In this document: positions 59,279 through 64,000 of the stretch, in pieces
How positions within the stretch are numbered: position 1 is the first letter of the stretch
How the letters are laid out: every line of letters starts with the position of its first letter
Assembly (NCBI GenBank): GCA_905216055.1
Contig: CAJMSH010000002.1
Location: 167,079 to 231,078, forward strand
Source of the DNA: an uncultured bacterium
Lineage (GTDB): Bacteria > Cyanobacteriota > Vampirovibrionia > Gastranaerophilales > Gastranaerophilaceae
Direction: 5' to 3'
DNA length: 64,000 bases
Translations under genes and position numbers: made by a program
The notes under the pieces: generated by a model
The model's input: the letters and a program-made list of their open reading frames with translations, nothing else
Database searches by the model: none
Told to the model about the DNA's origin: nothing

Positions 59279-59995
59279 ATGAAAATTTCTGCAATCGGTC
59301 CTCATACATATTTTAATGGCTCTGAACAAAATTATAAAGATACAATAAAAGAGAAATCCAATACAACTCTTAAACTTGCAATAGGAACAGCTATTGCAGG
59401 CGCAGGGCTGCTTGCTGCATATTATATAACGAAAAAACCGCCTAAAATTAATCAAAAAAATACAACATCTAAAACTTTACAAGAAACAACGAACAATATA
59501 AAAGAATCTGCTCAAAATCTACAAGAAAAAGCAGACGACATAAAAGAATCTACCCAAACAATTCTTAAGGAAAATGGTCAAAAAATTATAAAAAAATATT
59601 TCTATGACGGAGCAACTGAAAAAATAGAAAAATCATTCTATGATAAACACGGCAAAAAAATAAAAAAACAACAAGTAATAACAGAGCTTATATATACCTC
59701 AAAAATCCCAACTGGTTATAAAAAGACTATAACAAACTTTAAAGATAATAAGCAAACAACACAACGTGTTACTTATTTAAGTTTGGACGAAAAACCGAAA
59801 AAAACAATCTCTAACAATAAAACAGTAGATTACTTCTATGATTTAGACGAACCAAACAAAATAATTGGACACGCTTTCTCTACAGGTGATAAAAAACTTA
59901 TTTTACAACTTGAAAAAGATAAAAATTTCAAAAAAGAATTTTCTAACCTTGAAAATATTCATAAATGGATTAATACCAACTATGAAAATTTATAA
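59279..59995 (+). CDS. K-rich hypothetical protein with N-terminal TM anchor
   Basis: Start chosen at ATG 59279 with RBS aaaaggag; TM helix LKLAIGTAIAGAGLLAAYYI. Confidence 0.45.
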   Translation: MKISAIGPHTYFNGSEQNYKDTIKEKSNTTLKLAIGTAIAGAGLLAAYYITKKPPKINQKNTTSKTLQETTNNIKESAQNLQEKADDIKESTQTILKENGQKIIKKYFYDGATEKIEKSFYDKHGKKIKKQQVITELIYTSKIPTGYKKTITNFKDNKQTTQRVTYLSLDEKPKKTISNNKTVDYFYDLDEPNKIIGHAFSTGDKKLILQLEKDKNFKKEFSNLENIHKWINTNYENL

Positions 59996-60008
59996 ATTTT
60001 CGAATATT

Positions 60009-61013
60009 CTATGAAATATCCCATCTTCCGCAAGTTCCGCCCCAACGAGCGATAATATTACCTTTGATATCTTTAATTTTATCAACGTGGTGAATATCTT
60101 CTCCGCCTTCAACAATTGTAATAACTTCACAATTGTTTGAGCAACCTGTACAATCACAAGTTATAGAATGGAAGTTCATCTCACCAACTTCCCAACCTTT
60201 GAAAGTTGTATGAGCATCTGTATATTGATGATTTTCCATTGCAAGCAATGCAGCACCAATTGCACCCATTGTCTGATGATGATCAGGAACAACAACTTTA
60301 TGACCTAAAGCTTCTTCAAAAGCTTTTACCATACCTGAATTTGTTGCAACACCGCCTTGGAAAGAGAATACAGGCAAGAGTTCTTTACCTAAAGCAAGGT
60401 TAGCAAGGTAATTACGAACAAGAGCCTGACAAAGTCCGTATAACAAATCTTCAACAGGATATCCAAGCTGTTGTTTGTGAATCAAGTCACTTTCAGCAAA
60501 TACACCGCAACGACCTGCAATACGAGCAGGGTTTTCTGACTTTAACGCAGTATCACCAAATTCTTCGATAGGAACATTCAATCTTTGAGCCTGATGGTCA
60601 AGAAAACTTCCTGTACCAGCAGCACATACAGTGTTCATTGCAAAATCAGTAACAATACCATCTCTTAAAATAATAATTTTACTATCTTGACCTCCAATTT
60701 CAAGAATAGTCTGCACACCCGGGACATTAATACTTGCAGCAACAGCATGCGCTGTAATTTCATTTTTAATAATATCAGCACCAACTAAAGCCCCAGCCAA
60801 GTTACGACCTGAACCTGTTGTGCCAACCCCCATTACATCATAATCTGTAAGCTTTTTAGCATAAAGCTCATTCAAACCTTTTTGAACTGCCATAACAGGC
60901 TTACCGGCAGTTCTAAGCATGTAACTGTCTACATATTTACCTTTTTCATCAACTAATGCTAATTTTGTTGTTACCGAACCAACATCTATCCCTAAGTATA
61001 CTGTTAAACTCAT
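60009..61013 (-). CDS. BadF/BadG/BcrA/BcrD/HgdC-family ATPase (CoA-substrate-specific enzyme activase-like) with Cys-rich C-terminal extension
   Basis: 334 aa; LGIDVGSVTTK, IGGQDSKII, NTVCAAGTGSF, GRCGVFAESD (cluster Cys) motifs; extra C-terminal CDCTGCSNNC...GGTCGRWD. Confidence 0.65.
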   Translation of the reverse strand: MSLTVYLGIDVGSVTTKLALVDEKGKYVDSYMLRTAGKPVMAVQKGLNELYAKKLTDYDVMGVGTTGSGRNLAGALVGADIIKNEITAHAVAASINVPGVQTILEIGGQDSKIIILRDGIVTDFAMNTVCAAGTGSFLDHQAQRLNVPIEEFGDTALKSENPARIAGRCGVFAESDLIHKQQLGYPVEDLLYGLCQALVRNYLANLALGKELLPVFSFQGGVATNSGMVKAFEEALGHKVVVPDHHQTMGAIGAALLAMENHQYTDAHTTFKGWEVGEMNFHSITCDCTGCSNNCEVITIVEGGEDIHHVDKIKDIKGNIIARWGGTCGRWDIS

Positions 61014-61104
61014 ACATTTCCCTCTATCTATATTGAATATAACTTTATACTAACACAAAAAAAAATAAAAACTACGTTATTTTTACTGATTTATTAAAAC
61101 ATAT

Positions 61105-61150
61105 AACAAAAACGGCCACCCATTTTCAAGAGTGGCCGTTTTTAATTTTT
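61105..61150 (-). terminator. Terminator downstream of hppA
   Basis: aacggccac / gtggccgtt GC-rich hairpin followed by ttttaattttt. Confidence 0.7.
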
Positions 61151-61166
61151 GAGTTTATCCTCAATA

Positions 61167-63596
61167 CTATTTAGCAGATTTTGAAGGAATTCTCATTGCA
61201 TAGAATGAACGAACAACAAATACTAATGCAACGATTAAGAATACCCATCCTGCAATAGGTGCAATACTTCTAAAGTTTTCAGAAATTGCAATTTCCATAG
61301 CTAATAAACCGAACAATGTTGTAAATTTGATAATCGGGTTCATAGCAACTGAAGAAGTATCTTTGAAAGGATCACCAACAGTATCACCAACAACTGTTGC
61401 TTCATGAAGCGGAGTACCTTTTTCTGCTAAGTCAACTTCAACAATTTTCTTAGCGTTATCCCAACATCCGCCTGCGTTTGCCATAAACACAGCTTGGAAC
61501 AAACCGAATACGGCAATTGCAATCAAGTAGCTTACAAAGAATGCAACAGGAGCTGATGTTAAACAATTTGGAGCTGACAAGCAAGCAAATGCAAGAGCAA
61601 ATGCGAACAATGCGATAAAGATATTAATCATACCTTTTTGAGCATATTGAGTACAAATTTTTACAACTTCTTTTGAATTTGCAACATTTGCGCTCTTAGA
61701 ATCAGCATCACCAAGTTTAATGTTATCTTTGATATATTCAGTTGCAGAATAAGCACCTGTTGTTACAGCCTGCATAGAAGCACCTGAGAACCAGTAGATA
61801 ACCGCACCACCTGATAAGAAACCAAGTAATGTATATGGGTTTAATACGTTCAAAATCATTTCAGGATCAATACCTAAAGTTGTTTTGATAACCAAAATCA
61901 ATGAGAAAATCATTGTAGTAGCACCAACAACAGCTGTACCGATTAATACAGGTTTTGAAGTTGCTTTGAATGTGTTACCTGCGCCGTCATTTTCTTCTAA
62001 GTATTTTTTAGCGTTATCAAAATCAGGTTTGAAACCGAATTCTTTTTCAATTTCTTCGCCAACATTTGGAATATCTTCGATTAAAGATAATTCATAAACT
62101 GATTGAGCGTTATCTGTTACAGGTCCATAAGAGTCAACTGCAATTGTTACTGGCCCCATACCTAAGAAACCGAATGCTACAAGTCCGAATGCAAATACAG
62201 ACGGATAGATCATTACAGCTTCAGGAATATGAATTGATGCAACATAAGCAAGTCCCATCAATAATACAATTACCATACCAATCCAAAATGCTGAGAAATT
62301 ACCTGCTACAATACCTGAAAGAATTGTCAAAGAAGCACCGCCTTCGCGTGATGCAGTAACAACTTCTTCGGTATGTTTAGCTTTAGGAGAAGTAAATATT
62401 TTGGTAAATTCAGGAATCAAAGCTGCGCCTAAAGTACCGCAAGAAATGATTGTAGATAATACTAACCATAATTTACCGCCCATATCAGCTAATAACCAGT
62501 GGCTTACGCCAAAAGTCATAGCGATTGAAAGAATTGAAGTTAACCAAACAAGGTTAGTTAACGGTTTTTCAAAGTCAAATTTATCTGTTTTAGCAGCATA
62601 GAATTTGTCAACTATACCGTTAATCCAGTATGCAACAACTGATGTTACAATCATCAAGAATCTCATTACGAAAATCCAAGTCAATAATTGAACCTGATTA
62701 GCTTCACCAACAACAGCTAAAAGAATAAATGAAACAAGAGCAACACCTGTTACACCGTAAGTTTCAAAACCATCAGCTGTAGGCCCTACAGAATCACCGG
62801 CGTTATCACCTGTACAATCGGCAATTACACCAGGGTTTCTAGGGTCGTCTTCTTTAATACCGAATTGAATTTTCATCAAGTCAGAACCGATATCGGCAAT
62901 TTTTGTAAAAATACCACCTGCAACACGAAGAGCAGAAGCACCTAAAGATTCACCGATTGCAAAACCAATAAAGCAAGCACCTGCGATATCGCCAGGAACG
63001 AATAACAAAATTGTCAACATCAAAATAAGTTCAACAGATACAAGGCAAACACCAATTGACATACCTGCTTTTAAAGGAATATTTAAAATATTCAAAGGGT
63101 TTCCTTTTAAAGAAACAAAAGCAGTTCTTGCATTTGCCAAAGTGTTCATTCTGATACCGAACCAAGCAACTGCATAAGAACCTAAAATACCGATTACAGA
63201 CCATGCCAAAATAATTAAAACATTTTTCAAAGGCATATTCTGCAAGTAACCGAAGTAAAAAGCGATACATAAACCGATTAATACTTCCAAAACAAGTAAA
63301 AATTTACCTTGTTGAATCAAGTAAGTTTTACAAGTTTCAAAAATTGTATTACCCACTTCAGCCATAGCTTTGTGAACATCCAATTTTTTAATTCTGAAAA
63401 ATTCAATAAATCCAAATATCAAACCTACAACAGAAATTGCAATTCCGATTAACAAATAGTTAAAGAAACTGCCATTCACGTCTCTGATACTTGGAACAAC
63501 CAAATCTGCTTCGCTTGCAAGAACAGGCGAAACACCCATTAGCAATGTAGCAAAAAGAGCCATCAATGCTTTTGGAGAAGTCAACTTTTTAATCAT
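61167..63596 (-). CDS. hppA: Membrane-bound proton/sodium-translocating pyrophosphatase
   Basis: 809 aa; ~16 TM helices; conserved GGIFTKIADIGSDL, DCTGDNAGD, GDTVGDPFKDT motifs. Confidence 0.95.
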   Translation of the reverse strand: MIKKLTSPKALMALFATLLMGVSPVLASEADLVVPSIRDVNGSFFNYLLIGIAISVVGLIFGFIEFFRIKKLDVHKAMAEVGNTIFETCKTYLIQQGKFLLVLEVLIGLCIAFYFGYLQNMPLKNVLIILAWSVIGILGSYAVAWFGIRMNTLANARTAFVSLKGNPLNILNIPLKAGMSIGVCLVSVELILMLTILLFVPGDIAGACFIGFAIGESLGASALRVAGGIFTKIADIGSDLMKIQFGIKEDDPRNPGVIADCTGDNAGDSVGPTADGFETYGVTGVALVSFILLAVVGEANQVQLLTWIFVMRFLMIVTSVVAYWINGIVDKFYAAKTDKFDFEKPLTNLVWLTSILSIAMTFGVSHWLLADMGGKLWLVLSTIISCGTLGAALIPEFTKIFTSPKAKHTEEVVTASREGGASLTILSGIVAGNFSAFWIGMVIVLLMGLAYVASIHIPEAVMIYPSVFAFGLVAFGFLGMGPVTIAVDSYGPVTDNAQSVYELSLIEDIPNVGEEIEKEFGFKPDFDNAKKYLEENDGAGNTFKATSKPVLIGTAVVGATTMIFSLILVIKTTLGIDPEMILNVLNPYTLLGFLSGGAVIYWFSGASMQAVTTGAYSATEYIKDNIKLGDADSKSANVANSKEVVKICTQYAQKGMINIFIALFAFALAFACLSAPNCLTSAPVAFFVSYLIAIAVFGLFQAVFMANAGGCWDNAKKIVEVDLAEKGTPLHEATVVGDTVGDPFKDTSSVAMNPIIKFTTLFGLLAMEIAISENFRSIAPIAGWVFLIVALVFVVRSFYAMRIPSKSAK

Positions 63597-63734
63597 AATC
63601 TCTCCTTCACTAAAAATAAGTTGTCCTACTACTAATAATTAATAGTAATATTATAAAACAAATTTAAATATTTACAATAATGTAAAGAAAAAAACATCTA
63701 ATACTTCTTTAAAATAATATAGAGTTTTTCCAAA

Positions 63735-64000
63735 TTAATACAAATAAACATCTTCCAACAGCTTAATTTCAAATTCGCTACCTGCAGGAATTGAAATTCG
63801 AGCGCCTTTAGACCAGATTGCAAACAATGGAGAGCCTACAAAATTTACTGCATAAACTAAAATTCCGGTAATTGTCGGAATAGGAGAAACAATTACACCA
63901 ACAGGGTTATCAGCAAGTTTTGACGATGTTCTGCGTGTTTTTTTGTAGAAGTTTTCACCTTTATCAATTTGATTTGCAACACCTTTCCAGTAACTGCGCT
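63735..64000 (-). CDS. Hypothetical protein, C-terminal fragment (5' end outside the window)
   Basis: Open minus-strand frame to the window edge ending ...IWSKGARISIPAGSEFEIKLLEDVYLY*; stop TAA at 63735-63737. Confidence 0.4.
   Translation of the reverse strand, partial: RSYWKGVANQIDKGENFYKKTRRTSSKLADNPVGVIVSPIPTITGILVYAVNFVGSPLFAIWSKGARISIPAGSEFEIKLLEDVYLY

Overview
AT-rich (about 30% GC) bacterial chromosomal window with roughly 60 protein genes, one tRNA and no rRNA, CRISPR or intact IS element. Most of the window is housekeeping. Recognised genes include the pnp 3' end, a PfkB sugar kinase, a PyrK-like flavoprotein with etfBA, purA, an M16 peptidase, gap, radA, a radical-SAM protein next to an RNase E/G homologue, panE, an HD-GYP protein, pyrG, gatC, a SigF/B-like sigma factor with a prepilin peptidase, ruvA, dnaA, an M24 aminopeptidase, a parvulin, tRNA-Gly(UCC), mscS, rlmH, folE2, a thioredoxin, a group 1/2 sigma factor, deoB, a small ferredoxin, a PEPCK-like protein, a GH57 protein, trmD, rimM, dtd, rlmN, two YkgJ paralogs, a BadF/HgdC-type activase and hppA. 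Prepilin-type proteins with FTLAE(V/I)L N-termini, the radical-SAM/RNase E pairing and GH57 suggest a cyanobacteria-related non-photosynthetic lineage (Melainabacteria-like); this is inference. The most unusual region is an accessory stretch at 14.8-20.9 kb between radA and the rne-associated radical-SAM gene. It holds a BlaI/MecI-family repressor that lacks a BlaR1 sensor-protease and sits in an apparent operon with a secreted serpin; I propose this as a protease-sensing inhibitor circuit. The same stretch carries two tandem RWYD-repeat small proteins and an acetyltransferase/GT-D pair that share an N-terminal motif. Other notable items: a C10 homopolymer in a mini-ORF upstream of a pilin-like gene that itself has an in-frame TAA; a frameshifted OMP-like gene at an A6 tract; a zinc-ribbon/RGG-rich duplicated-domain protein in the rimM-trmD operon; a MITE-like 13-bp inverted-repeat element; and a candidate sRNA. 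Coordinates of non-ORF features are hand-counted and may be off by 1-2 nt.
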